From: Candidatus Aenigmatarchaeota archaeon
GTDB taxonomy: Archaea; Aenigmatarchaeota; Aenigmatarchaeia; QMZP01; QMZT01
NCBI GenBank assembly: GCA_043808015.1
Contig: JAZDFI010000014.1
Location: forward strand, 1-50,730
Length of the DNA: 50,730 nt
Direction: 5' to 3'
In this document: positions 10,311 through 19,497 of the stretch, piece by piece
Layout of the letters: every line of letters starts with the position of its first letter
Numbering within the stretch: the stretch's first letter is position 1
Notes under the pieces: model-generated
The model's input: the letters and a program-made list of their open reading frames with translations, nothing else
Told to the model about the DNA's origin: nothing
Database searches by the model: none
Translations under genes and position numbers: made by a program

Positions 10311-11066
10311 ATGATGGTAAAGACTTTGGTGTTAAGGGCTGACGGGACAAATTGCGACGAGGAGACGGCATACGCATTTCATCTTGCCGGCTCGCATGCA
10401 GACAGTATCCACATAAACGAACTCATGAAAGGGAAGAAATCGCTGGACGATTACCAGATACTCGCGATTCCGGGCGGCTTCGCCCACGGCGACGACGTCG
10501 CCTCCGGCAAGATACTGGCCAATCTCATAAGGTTCAGGCTCAGCAGGGATTTTGTAAAATTCATAGAAAGCGGGAAGCTTGTGATTGGCATATGCAACGG
10601 CTTCCAGGCTATAGTCAAGGCCGGGCTGCTTCCTGCATTCGCCGGCTTCGGCAATCAGGAGGCGACTCTGGCGGCGAATGACTCCGGCTACTTCATTGAC
10701 AAATGGGTCACGCTTAATCATGTCAACAAGGGCAAATGCGTCTTCACTAAGGGCATGAAAAGCGAGATTTTCGTGCCCATAAACCACGGCGAGGGCAAGT
10801 TCATAGCGTCTCCGGAGATACTGCATTCGCTAGAAACGAATGACCAGGTTGTTTTCACGTATAAGGACAATCCCAACGGCTCGATGAACTCGATTGCAGG
10901 CATATGCAACACGCAAGGCAATGTGTTCGGGCTTATGCCGCATCCGGAAAAATTCGTATCGAAATACACGCATCCGTCATGGACGCGCGATAAATGGCTC
11001 CCCGAGGAAGGCGACGGCCTGGCGATATTCAGGAACGCGGTGAATTACGCCAAGAAGAAATTCTGA
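10311..11066 (+). CDS. purQ: FGAM synthase glutaminase subunit PurQ
   Basis: GTNCD, PGGFAHGD, GICNGFQ, HGEGK, GLMPHPE. Confidence 0.97.
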   Translation: MMVKTLVLRADGTNCDEETAYAFHLAGSHADSIHINELMKGKKSLDDYQILAIPGGFAHGDDVASGKILANLIRFRLSRDFVKFIESGKLVIGICNGFQAIVKAGLLPAFAGFGNQEATLAANDSGYFIDKWVTLNHVNKGKCVFTKGMKSEIFVPINHGEGKFIASPEILHSLETNDQVVFTYKDNPNGSMNSIAGICNTQGNVFGLMPHPEKFVSKYTHPSWTRDKWLPEEGDGLAIFRNAVNYAKKKF

Positions 11067-11198
11067 CCAGCGAACGGCTCATTTCTTAACCATTGAAGCG
11101 ACGTCTCCCGGCGAAGCCCAATGAGAAAAGCATGGCAGTAAAATATTTAAACTACATCAACAGAATAATGAATTAAATATAAGACAGGAGAAGATAAA

Positions 11199-11375
11199 AT
11201 GGCATTTAGAGAAAGACGTTTCGACGAAAGATCGGAAAGAAGAGACTTCAGACCACGCGAGATGCACAAAGCTGTTTGTTCTGAGTGCGGAAAAGAGTGC
11301 GAAGTCCCGTTCAAGCCCACTGATGGCAGACCGGTTTTCTGCAGAGACTGCTTCGCAAAAAAGAGAAGGTTCTAA
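11199..11375 (+). CDS. CxxC-x17-CxxC domain small protein (58 aa; not in the ORF track)
   Basis: Hand translation MAFRERRFDERSERRDFRPREMHKAVCSECGKECEVPFKPTDGRPVFCRDCFAKKRRF; GGAG SD upstream. Confidence 0.9.
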   Translation: MAFRERRFDERSERRDFRPREMHKAVCSECGKECEVPFKPTDGRPVFCRDCFAKKRRF

Positions 11376-11486
11376 GTAATGCGGGACCAGTGCAGAAATT
11401 AAATTTGGTTAGTTTTTACTTTATTTTTCCAAAATTCTCCAAAAATATGTTTCAGAAGCGATTTCAAAGTTGCATTTTCGCTGTTC

Positions 11487-12836
11487 TCAAATAGCTATCG
11501 CTATGAAAGAGCAGATGAAAATGGCGGCTATGGAAACGAGCAAACCCGCCTTCAGCAGTTCCCTCAGCTTGACATAACTGGTGGAATATGCGATAGTCGT
11601 CGGCGGCGTCCCGCTGGGCATGATGAAGTCGAGCGAGACTCCGACGCCCGCGAGCATCGCCAGCATCCGCGGGTTTATGCCCGTCGCGACCGCTAGCGGT
11701 ATCATCATCGGCACGATCACCGAAGCGGCTGCGGTGTTGCTGGCGAATGCCGTGAGAGCTACGCCGAATGTTATTATGACTAACGCTATCAGTAACGCTC
11801 CCTGCCCGGATATTATGTTGCCTATCGCATTCGCCATGGTCACGTCAAGGGCTGAAGCGTGCATCGCGAAGCCGAGCGAAATGCCTCCGCCGACGAGTAT
11901 GAGCGAAGCCCAGTCTATCTTCTTGAAATCCTCGCCTTTCAGCAGTCCCAGGCCGAACAAAAGGAAAACGGGGACCAGCGATATTGTGCCTATGTCTATC
12001 TTATGGATTTCAGTCGTGACCCAGAGCAGGATGGTTATCACGAATACGGCCAGGACTTTCTTCTGGTCGATGTTAAGTCGTCTCTTGTTCTCCTGCATGC
12101 TTATTTTCTTCACTTCCGGTTTGAACAGCAAAGTGAGGATTATGAAAGTCGAGAATATCAGCGCCACCATCATGGGGAAGCCGTAATACGTCCAGTCCAT
12201 GAAGCCGAAAGAATAGCCTGCCTGGTTCAGGAATTTCGCGACGAGCACGTTGGGTGTGCTGCCGACCATTGTACCCAGCCCTCCTATGGTAGCGGCGAAG
12301 CCGATGCCGAGGACGAGCGACTTGCCGAATGTGGATTTGCCGGGAAGCATCTTGTTGTCCTTGAGTATGATGAGGCCGATGGGCATCATCATGGCGGCTG
12401 CCGCCGAGTTGGCCATCCACATCGATATGAAAGCCGTCACTCCTATCATGCTGAAAAGGACGATGCGCGGGCTCGAGCCGCGGTGCACGAGCTTGTGGCC
12501 TATGTATTCGTCGACCTTGTATTTGCTCAGGGCGAGCGCTATGACAAACCCTCCAAGCACGAGCACGACGACGGAATCGAAAAACGGAGAGAACGCTTCC
12601 GCCGGTTTAAAGCCGCCAATTATGACGAGCAGGAAAGGTATGAACAAAGCCGTTATGTGAAGGGGGACTATCTCCGTAAGCCACATGCACAGGGCTGTGA
12701 ACGTTATGGTGAAGACGATTTGCTGCGGCGTGCCGAAACCGAGGAAATAAGACGACAGAGCAGTTGAGACCAAAACGCCTGCAATCACAAACAGTATCTT
12801 CTTGACAATGCTCCACGTGGGAATCTCGTGACGCAT
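11487..12836 (-). CDS. SLC13/DASS-family di/tricarboxylate or sulfate symporter
   Basis: Many TM segments; SMWMANS, IGGLGTMVGSTPN, ASNTA, PSGTPPT motifs. Confidence 0.9.
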   Translation of the reverse strand: MRHEIPTWSIVKKILFVIAGVLVSTALSSYFLGFGTPQQIVFTITFTALCMWLTEIVPLHITALFIPFLLVIIGGFKPAEAFSPFFDSVVVLVLGGFVIALALSKYKVDEYIGHKLVHRGSSPRIVLFSMIGVTAFISMWMANSAAAAMMMPIGLIILKDNKMLPGKSTFGKSLVLGIGFAATIGGLGTMVGSTPNVLVAKFLNQAGYSFGFMDWTYYGFPMMVALIFSTFIILTLLFKPEVKKISMQENKRRLNIDQKKVLAVFVITILLWVTTEIHKIDIGTISLVPVFLLFGLGLLKGEDFKKIDWASLILVGGGISLGFAMHASALDVTMANAIGNIISGQGALLIALVIITFGVALTAFASNTAAASVIVPMMIPLAVATGINPRMLAMLAGVGVSLDFIMPSGTPPTTIAYSTSYVKLRELLKAGLLVSIAAIFICSFIAIAI

Positions 12837-12900
12837 ATTATTATTTTGGGAGCCACAGATAATAAGATATTTTATTAATCATGATGGTTAAAGGTATGTA

Positions 12901-13356
12901 ATGACCAAGAAGTCCGGGAAGCTGTCCAAAGCTGCCAATTCTGAAACCATCTCAGACAGCATCGGGAATTACGCGAGGGGGAAGATGCCGTGGGAGCTGA
13001 GGATGGACACTAAAATCGCCGCGGCCGTCTCGGCAGTCGCCGCCCTGTTACTCTTTGGAACGTTCGTTTACCACTTCATGGAAAACTGGAGCTGGATTCA
13101 GTCGTTCTATTTTTCAGTCACGACGCTGAGCACCGTCGGATACGGCGATATCTACCCGACCACCGAACTGTCGCGGCTTTTCACTGCGATATACATCCTG
13201 ACCGGCGTCGCGATAGTGCTTGCGTCGCTGGAGATAATAGGCACGACGTACATAACCAGACGAGAGACTCAGATACTGATGAGAAAACAGAAACTCGAAA
13301 GTGAAAAGGTGAAAAGGAAAAGACATCGGCAAACAAAACTTATAAAACACACGTAG
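12901..13356 (+). CDS. 2-TM potassium channel (KcsA-like pore)
   Basis: [17 protein letters not shown] selectivity filter between two TM helices. Confidence 0.92.
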   Translation: MTKKSGKLSKAANSETISDSIGNYARGKMPWELRMDTKIAAAVSAVAALLLFGTFVYHFMENWSWIQSFYFSVTTLSTVGYGDIYPTTELSRLFTAIYILTGVAIVLASLEIIGTTYITRRETQILMRKQKLESEKVKRKRHRQTKLIKHT

Positions 13357-13397
13357 AAAAGATTAGTATATTGTTTTGCGGCGTCTGGGGTGATGGG

Positions 13398-13814
13398 ATG
13401 AAAGTTCTTATAATCTGCGGCAGCGAATCCGACCTTGAAATCGCCAGGAAGGCGGAGAATATACTCAAGAAGAACAAGATTGCCTTCGATATCCGCGTTT
13501 CTTCAGCGCACCGCGACCCCGAAGGGACCAGAAGGATTGTCAAGTCGACCGACGCAGACGTCATAATAGCCGTAGCCGGCCTTGCGGCCGCGTTACCGGG
13601 CTTCGTCGCCTCGCTGACTGACAAGCCTGTAATCGGCGTGCCTGTCGGGGTGAAGCTCGATGGTCTGGACGCGCTGCTTTCCATGATGCAGATGCCATCG
13701 GGCGTTCCGGTCGCGACCGTAGGGATAGACAACGGGAAAAACGCAGCGGAACTCGCGATACGCATCCTCATGCTAAAGGGGAAGACGCAAAAGAAAAAGG
13801 GTAAGAAAAAATGA
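13398..13814 (+). CDS. purE: AIR carboxylase / N5-CAIR mutase
   Basis: [37 protein letters not shown]. Confidence 0.96.
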   Translation: MKVLIICGSESDLEIARKAENILKKNKIAFDIRVSSAHRDPEGTRRIVKSTDADVIIAVAGLAAALPGFVASLTDKPVIGVPVGVKLDGLDALLSMMQMPSGVPVATVGIDNGKNAAELAIRILMLKGKTQKKKGKKK

Positions 13815-14788
13815 ACGTAGAAATCATCAGAAGAAACATAGGTGACACTCTCGAAAAAACAGAGCTGAACATAGGCGACAAATACGAGGGCAAGGTCAGG
13901 GATAATTACATTATCAAGGACAAGAGGATAATAGTCACGACGGACAGGATATCCGCTTTCGACAAGGTCCTGGGCACCATACCATTCAAGGGGCAGGTCC
14001 TGAACCAACTCGCAGCTTTCTGGTTCGACAAAACCAAAAACATCATTGAAAACCACATGATAGACATTCCTGATCCCAATGTCATGGTTGTCAAGGAATG
14101 CAGGCCCATCGCCATAGAGATGGTGGTGCGCGGCTACATGACCGGCGTGACGACGACGTCGGCATGGTACAACTATCAGAACGGCGTCAGAAATTACTGC
14201 GGAAATCGTTTGCCCGACGGCATGCGCAAAGATCAGAAATTCGAGCGTCCCATAATAACGCCGACCACCAAGGCCGGCAAAGACGAGCACGACAGGCCGG
14301 TATCCGGAGAGGAGGCGATTGAAGAGGGACTGGTAACGAAGAACCTTTTCGAAAAATTGTCCGAGATAAGCCTCCTGCTTTTCGAATTCGGCTCGAAGTT
14401 CGTGGCGAAGCACGGCCTGATTTTGGTCGATACCAAATACGAGTTCGGCCTGCTCGACGGCGAACTCGTCCTTATGGACGAGATTCACACGCCCGATTCC
14501 TCGAGATTCTGGTTCGCGGATACGTACGAAGAACTTTTCAGGAAAGGCGAGGAGCAGAGGAAGCTTGACAAAGAGTATGTCAGGACATGGCTCGCTAACC
14601 AGGGATATCTTGGCGATGGAAAGCCGCCCGTCCTGACCGACGAAGTAAAGATTGAAGCGGCGAGGCGATACATAGAGGCTTACGAAAAAATAACAGGCAA
14701 AAAATTCGAGGTGGCGGAAGGCAACGTCGCTGAAAGGATAAGGGAAAACCTCGAGAACAGAGGATATCTTAAAAGGATTAAGAAGTGA
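13811..14788 (+). CDS. purC: SAICAR synthetase (long form)
   Basis: [47 protein letters not shown]. Confidence 0.97.
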   Translation: MNVEIIRRNIGDTLEKTELNIGDKYEGKVRDNYIIKDKRIIVTTDRISAFDKVLGTIPFKGQVLNQLAAFWFDKTKNIIENHMIDIPDPNVMVVKECRPIAIEMVVRGYMTGVTTTSAWYNYQNGVRNYCGNRLPDGMRKDQKFERPIITPTTKAGKDEHDRPVSGEEAIEEGLVTKNLFEKLSEISLLLFEFGSKFVAKHGLILVDTKYEFGLLDGELVLMDEIHTPDSSRFWFADTYEELFRKGEEQRKLDKEYVRTWLANQGYLGDGKPPVLTDEVKIEAARRYIEAYEKITGKKFEVAEGNVAERIRENLENRGYLKRIKK

Positions 14789-14803
14789 GTTTGAGGTGGT
14801 TTT

Positions 14804-16144
14804 ATGGCAATACATCCGATAGAGTATCGTTATTGTTCTGATGAGATGACAGCAGTCTTCGACGAAGAAGCGAAGCTGCAGAAATGGCTCGACGTCGAGG
14901 CCGCGCTGGCCCGCGCGCACGCGCAGCTCGGCAACATTCCCAAGGCGGCTGCTGCGCAAATCGCGAAGAAAGCCGACACGCAATTCGTGACTGTAGACCG
15001 CGTGCACGAAATCGATGCGGAGATACATCATGATTTAATGGCGATGGTGCGCGCGCTGACTGAAGCCGCCGGCGACTCGGGCAAATACGTGCATTACGGC
15101 GCGACTTCTTATGACATCGAGGACACAGCCCTAGCGCTGCAGCTTGGCGACGCGATAGGCATAATAGAGATGAATCTCGATAAGCTGAAGTCGACGCTGG
15201 CCATGCTTGCTGGAAAACACAAGGACGTCGTTTGCATCGGCAGGACGCACGGCCAGCACGCAGTGCCCACGACGTACGGCCTGAAATTCGCCAACTGGCT
15301 CTGCGAGATCCAGAGGAACATCGAACGTCTGGAACAGGCGAAGAAGCGCATACTCGTGGGCAAGATGACCGGCGCGGTCGGGACGCAGGCGACGTTCGGA
15401 ACGAATGCGCGACGGCTGCAAGCGTTAGTCATGAAAGAGCTTCGCCTCACGCCGGTCATGGTTTCGACGCAGGTCATACAGAGGGACAGACATGCAGAAT
15501 TAATCTTCGTGCTCGCGCTGACAGGCACGACGCTCGATAAAATAGCGAAAGAGATTCGAAATCTCCAGCGCACTGAAATCGGCGAGGTGCTCGAAAGCTT
15601 CGGCAGCAAGCAGGTCGGCTCATCGACCATGCCGCACAAGCGCAACCCGTGGAAGTCCGAGAACGTCTGTTCGCTGGCGCGCGTGCTGAAGTCGCACGTC
15701 ATGATCGCGCTTGACAACAATCCGCTGGAGCACGAGCGCGACCTGACCAATTCGGCCAACGAGCGCATCATATTCGCCGAGAGCTTTATGCTGCTCGATT
15801 TCATGCTCAGGCGCATCAACGACATACTGCTGAGCCTCGAGCTGAGAAAGGAGAACATCAGCAGGAATCTGCATATGACGAAAGGCCTGGTCATGAGCGA
15901 GAAGATAATGATACACATGGTGAAGAATGGCATAGGCCGTCAGGACGCGCACGAGATAATGCGTTCGGCCGCGATGGCGTCTTACGAGACGGACGAACCG
16001 CTCATCGCAGTGCTCATGCGCAATTCGCTAGTCAACAAGAAATTCGGCCGGGCGGAACTCGAGCGCCTGCTCGACCCGCGCAACTACGTCGGAACCGCCA
16101 GGGAGCAGGTTAACGATGCGCTGAAAGCGGCGCGCAAAAAATAA
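14804..16144 (+). CDS. purB: adenylosuccinate lyase
   Basis: HYGATSYD, GRTHGQHA, GKMTGAVG, GSSTMPHKRNP, HERDL. Confidence 0.97.
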   Translation: MAIHPIEYRYCSDEMTAVFDEEAKLQKWLDVEAALARAHAQLGNIPKAAAAQIAKKADTQFVTVDRVHEIDAEIHHDLMAMVRALTEAAGDSGKYVHYGATSYDIEDTALALQLGDAIGIIEMNLDKLKSTLAMLAGKHKDVVCIGRTHGQHAVPTTYGLKFANWLCEIQRNIERLEQAKKRILVGKMTGAVGTQATFGTNARRLQALVMKELRLTPVMVSTQVIQRDRHAELIFVLALTGTTLDKIAKEIRNLQRTEIGEVLESFGSKQVGSSTMPHKRNPWKSENVCSLARVLKSHVMIALDNNPLEHERDLTNSANERIIFAESFMLLDFMLRRINDILLSLELRKENISRNLHMTKGLVMSEKIMIHMVKNGIGRQDAHEIMRSAAMASYETDEPLIAVLMRNSLVNKKFGRAELERLLDPRNYVGTAREQVNDALKAARKK

Positions 16145-16253
16145 TTTTTGTCACTTGCGGCGAAACTTAAAAACGATTCGCTACATATTATTTACAGGAA
16201 TGAATTGACATAGCTGAGTTGCAGCAATTTGCAGAATTGAGAGGTTGATGGTA

Positions 16254-17345
16254 ATGGCTGGCGGTTTCAAGGAAATAAAGAGCTTCAAGGAAAACGAATC
16301 GAATTCGAAGGAATTCACTTACGCGAAGGCAGGCGTCGACATAGAGAAGGTCAAGAATTCGCATACGGCGATGGCCGAGATTTTCAGGCAGACATTCGCC
16401 CACAGAGCGGGCAAGTTCGGCCACGTGATGAGCGAGATAGGCCACTACGCGGGCCTGATAGACATCGGAGGCGGACGGGTTCTCGCCGTCCATGTAGACG
16501 GCGTCGGGACCAAGACTCTCATTGCGCACGCCATGAAGAAATACGACACCGTCGGCTTCGATTGCGTCGCGATGAACGTCAACGACCTCATCTGCATGGG
16601 CGCTGAACCCACGACGCTGGTCGACTACATAGCCCTGGAAAAGGCGGACGAAAACATGCTCACGGAGATTTCAAAAGGCCTCGCTGCGGCAGCGAGGGAA
16701 GCAGGAGTCGCGATAGTCGGCGGCGAGACTGCGATAATGCCGGACGTCGTAAAAGGGTTCGACCTCGCGGCTATGTCGCTCGGCGTCACATACAAGGACA
16801 AAATAGTGACTGGACAGAAGATGCAGCCAGGCGACGTTGTCATAGGCCTCGAGAGTTCAGGCGTGCATTCGAACGGCATTACGCTGGCAAGAAAGCTCCT
16901 CACAAGCAGATACGACATCGACGCTTATGTCAAGGAGCTTGACTGCACGGTCGGCGAGGAACTGATGAAACCGACCAGGATTTACGTCAAACCCGTCCTG
17001 GAAATCCTGCAGAACTGCAAAGTGCACGGTCTTGCCCATATAACGGGAGGCGCTTTCTCCAAACTCAGCCGCATCGGCAGCAAGGCGGACGTGGGCTTCG
17101 ACATACATCTCCCGAAACCCAAACAGATTTTCAAGCTGATGCAGAAGATAGGCATGCTAAGCGATCGCGAAATGTTCAGGACTTTCAATATGGGAATCGG
17201 TTTCGTGATAGTCGTGTCTGGCGAGGATCCCGAGGACTACGAGCGCGTCGCTGATGTCCTCAAAAAATACAAGATGCCCTACAGCAAGATAGGCACGGTG
17301 ACCAAGATAAGCAAGGTCACAGTAAACGGCATTGACGTGCTTTGA
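16254..17345 (+). CDS. purM: phosphoribosylaminoimidazole synthetase (start uncertain, 16245-16254)
   Basis: YAKAGVD, DGVGTK, VAMNVND, GGETAIMP, SSGVHSNG, AHITGG, FNMGIG. Confidence 0.97.
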   Translation: MAGGFKEIKSFKENESNSKEFTYAKAGVDIEKVKNSHTAMAEIFRQTFAHRAGKFGHVMSEIGHYAGLIDIGGGRVLAVHVDGVGTKTLIAHAMKKYDTVGFDCVAMNVNDLICMGAEPTTLVDYIALEKADENMLTEISKGLAAAAREAGVAIVGGETAIMPDVVKGFDLAAMSLGVTYKDKIVTGQKMQPGDVVIGLESSGVHSNGITLARKLLTSRYDIDAYVKELDCTVGEELMKPTRIYVKPVLEILQNCKVHGLAHITGGAFSKLSRIGSKADVGFDIHLPKPKQIFKLMQKIGMLSDREMFRTFNMGIGFVIVVSGEDPEDYERVADVLKKYKMPYSKIGTVTKISKVTVNGIDVL

Positions 17346-17357
17346 GGCGCTGGTAAC

Positions 17358-17666
17358 ATGATAAACTGGAGAATGATCGTGGTTGTCGCCGCCTTTCTGA
17401 CTACCATTTTCTTTATAGGAATCGCGGTATTTTTCATCAGCCTGCCACCACAAACGATAGATGAGAACACCAACGAGAAATACTGCCTCGCCGACTCGGA
17501 CTGCGCGTGCGGCGTGCACATAAAGTCGAGAATCTGCTTTTACGGCAATGAAGATTATGTCGACACGAGCGAGCAGTGCCCGGACTTCTGCAACGGCATC
17601 GCGGCCCACCTGATAATAAAATGCATCAACAACGAATGCGCTCAGATAAACAGGCTCGGCCAGTGA
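17358..17666 (+). CDS. small membrane-anchored cysteine-rich protein
   Basis: N-terminal hydrophobic helix followed by a domain with 8 Cys (YCLADSDCACG...CINNEC). Confidence 0.75.
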   Translation: MINWRMIVVVAAFLTTIFFIGIAVFFISLPPQTIDENTNEKYCLADSDCACGVHIKSRICFYGNEDYVDTSEQCPDFCNGIAAHLIIKCINNECAQINRLGQ

Positions 17667-17712
17667 ACATGTGATGTCTTAAAACTTTTTGTCAATAAAC
17701 AAGCGTGGAAGA

Positions 17713-18045
17713 ATGACCGCAAGCGGCTTCAAATACATTGTCCCCGTAACCATCCCCGGAAAGACGGGCGACTGCAACGGGCGGCCGTGCGTTTTCTTCG
17801 GCAACTGGAAATACCCGGTGGAAACTGACCCGGAAACGAAGTCCATGTTCGTGAACATGGACAGTAAAATTTATCCCGTGATGGAAAGAAAGCCATGCGG
17901 ACCAGGCAGGCTTTACATAGAAGTTGAAGAGGCGCCATTCGCCAGCAAACTGACATTTATTGGCATGCTGGCTGAGATTGAAAAATTTCTAGAGTATTCG
18001 GAACGTTACGTGCTGAGGACTGACGTGGAACCGCTTTTAAAGTAA
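17713..18045 (+). CDS. hypothetical protein
   Basis: ORF fills the gap before sppA; ATG at 17713; no motif recognised. Confidence 0.55.
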   Translation: MTASGFKYIVPVTIPGKTGDCNGRPCVFFGNWKYPVETDPETKSMFVNMDSKIYPVMERKPCGPGRLYIEVEEAPFASKLTFIGMLAEIEKFLEYSERYVLRTDVEPLLK

Positions 18046-18065
18046 GTACTGCTAATCATTTTATC

Positions 18066-18905
18066 ATGAAAACCGCGAAAAGGAAAGAGGGCTGGAAATT
18101 CTTCGTCGGCATATTTGTCGGCATGGGCATAATAGTCGTCCTTCTGCTCGCATCGATGATTTCGTCTTTTTCGTCGCCTTTTACCAGCAAGATTGCAATC
18201 ATAAAAATCCGCGGCACTATCGCTTCAGGTCACAGCCTGCTCAGTGAAACTGTCACGCCGGACGACGCACTTCCGCTCATACAGAAGGCCGAGGAAGATG
18301 CGTCGATAAAAGCGGTCATGTTCGACATCGATTCGCCTGGAGGCTCGGTTGTCGCATCGCGTGAAATCGCGTATGCCGTCGCGGAAATGAAAAAGCCCAC
18401 GCTTTGCTGGATGGGCGACGTCGCGGCGAGCGGAGCTTACTGGATCGCTTCTTCTTGTGATTATATAATGGCCGACCCGCTTACTTTGACGGGCTCGGTC
18501 GGAGTGACGGCTTCGTATCTCGAGTTCTCGAAGCTGTTCGAAAAATACGGCATAACTTATGAGCAGATTACTTCCGGCGAGAGCAAGGACGTGGGCTCGC
18601 CTTTCCGCAACATGACGACCGGCGAGCGCAGCAAAATGGAGTACATAGTGAATGAGACGTTCACGTATTTCATCACCGACGTCGTCAGCAGACGCAACCT
18701 GACGCAGCCGCAGATCGACACGATAAAAACCGGTGATATATTTTTGGGCAAGGATGCGATTGCGCTGGGTCTCATAGACGCCACAGGCACGCTCAGCGAC
18801 GCGCGGGAAAAAGCGAAGTCGCTGGCGAACGACAAGAACGCGAATTTCGTGTCGCTCCAGAAGAGCGGCTTGAGCATATTCGACCTGCTTGGCATGCTCG
18901 GCTGA
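18066..18905 (+). CDS. sppA: signal peptide peptidase SppA (peptidase S49)
   Basis: N-terminal TM, IDSPGGS, AASGAYWIAS, TGSVGV, LGLID. Confidence 0.93.
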   Translation: MKTAKRKEGWKFFVGIFVGMGIIVVLLLASMISSFSSPFTSKIAIIKIRGTIASGHSLLSETVTPDDALPLIQKAEEDASIKAVMFDIDSPGGSVVASREIAYAVAEMKKPTLCWMGDVAASGAYWIASSCDYIMADPLTLTGSVGVTASYLEFSKLFEKYGITYEQITSGESKDVGSPFRNMTTGERSKMEYIVNETFTYFITDVVSRRNLTQPQIDTIKTGDIFLGKDAIALGLIDATGTLSDAREKAKSLANDKNANFVSLQKSGLSIFDLLGMLG

Positions 18906-19117
18906 TAGCGATAAAGATGAAATAAACACTGGTTTATTTTTAGGTTCCAAAGTTCCATTATTGGCTTATTTATGCATATTTTCATACTTTTAACATTTTG
19001 TTCAAATAAATAACAAAATAATTGTATAAAATACCTAAAATATTACAATTTTGGAACAAAAATACAAAAATAATAGAATAAAAGGCGGAAAAAACCTTTC
19101 AATAAAAAACTGCAGTC

Positions 19118-19477
19118 ATGTCAGGAAACAACGCACAAGATTATTTTAAAAAACTTGGCGTGTCAATCTTAAAAATGGAAAAAAATTACGCGGAACTTGG
19201 GAAAAATTTTATCCAGACTGATGAAGCGGCTCTTAAATGCATGATAGAGCTCTCGAAAGAGTTGACCGGACCTTATGGCAGCATAGGCTGCGTTTTATAC
19301 ATTCAGAACCGTGCAATGAAAGCACTTATGCAGAAGACAAGAAAAGAAGGCTCCCCTCCGCCTTACATAATCACAGAAGATCTAGTCAGAAGCCTTGGAA
19401 TAACAAGAGAAGATTTTGCACAGGCATCTGAAGGTCTTGAAACATTCAAAATGCCGGATCCCAAACCTCTGGAATAG
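19118..19477 (+). CDS. hypothetical protein
   Basis: 119-aa ORF downstream of a long AT-rich spacer; AT-richer than neighbouring genes. Confidence 0.55.
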   Translation: MSGNNAQDYFKKLGVSILKMEKNYAELGKNFIQTDEAALKCMIELSKELTGPYGSIGCVLYIQNRAMKALMQKTRKEGSPPPYIITEDLVRSLGITREDFAQASEGLETFKMPDPKPLE

Positions 19478-19497
19478 TCTTGTTTTGACTTGCAATA

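Noticed and set aside
13340-15031. 563-aa antisense ORF
   Set aside because: Lies opposite purE, purC and purB; no recognisable protein features
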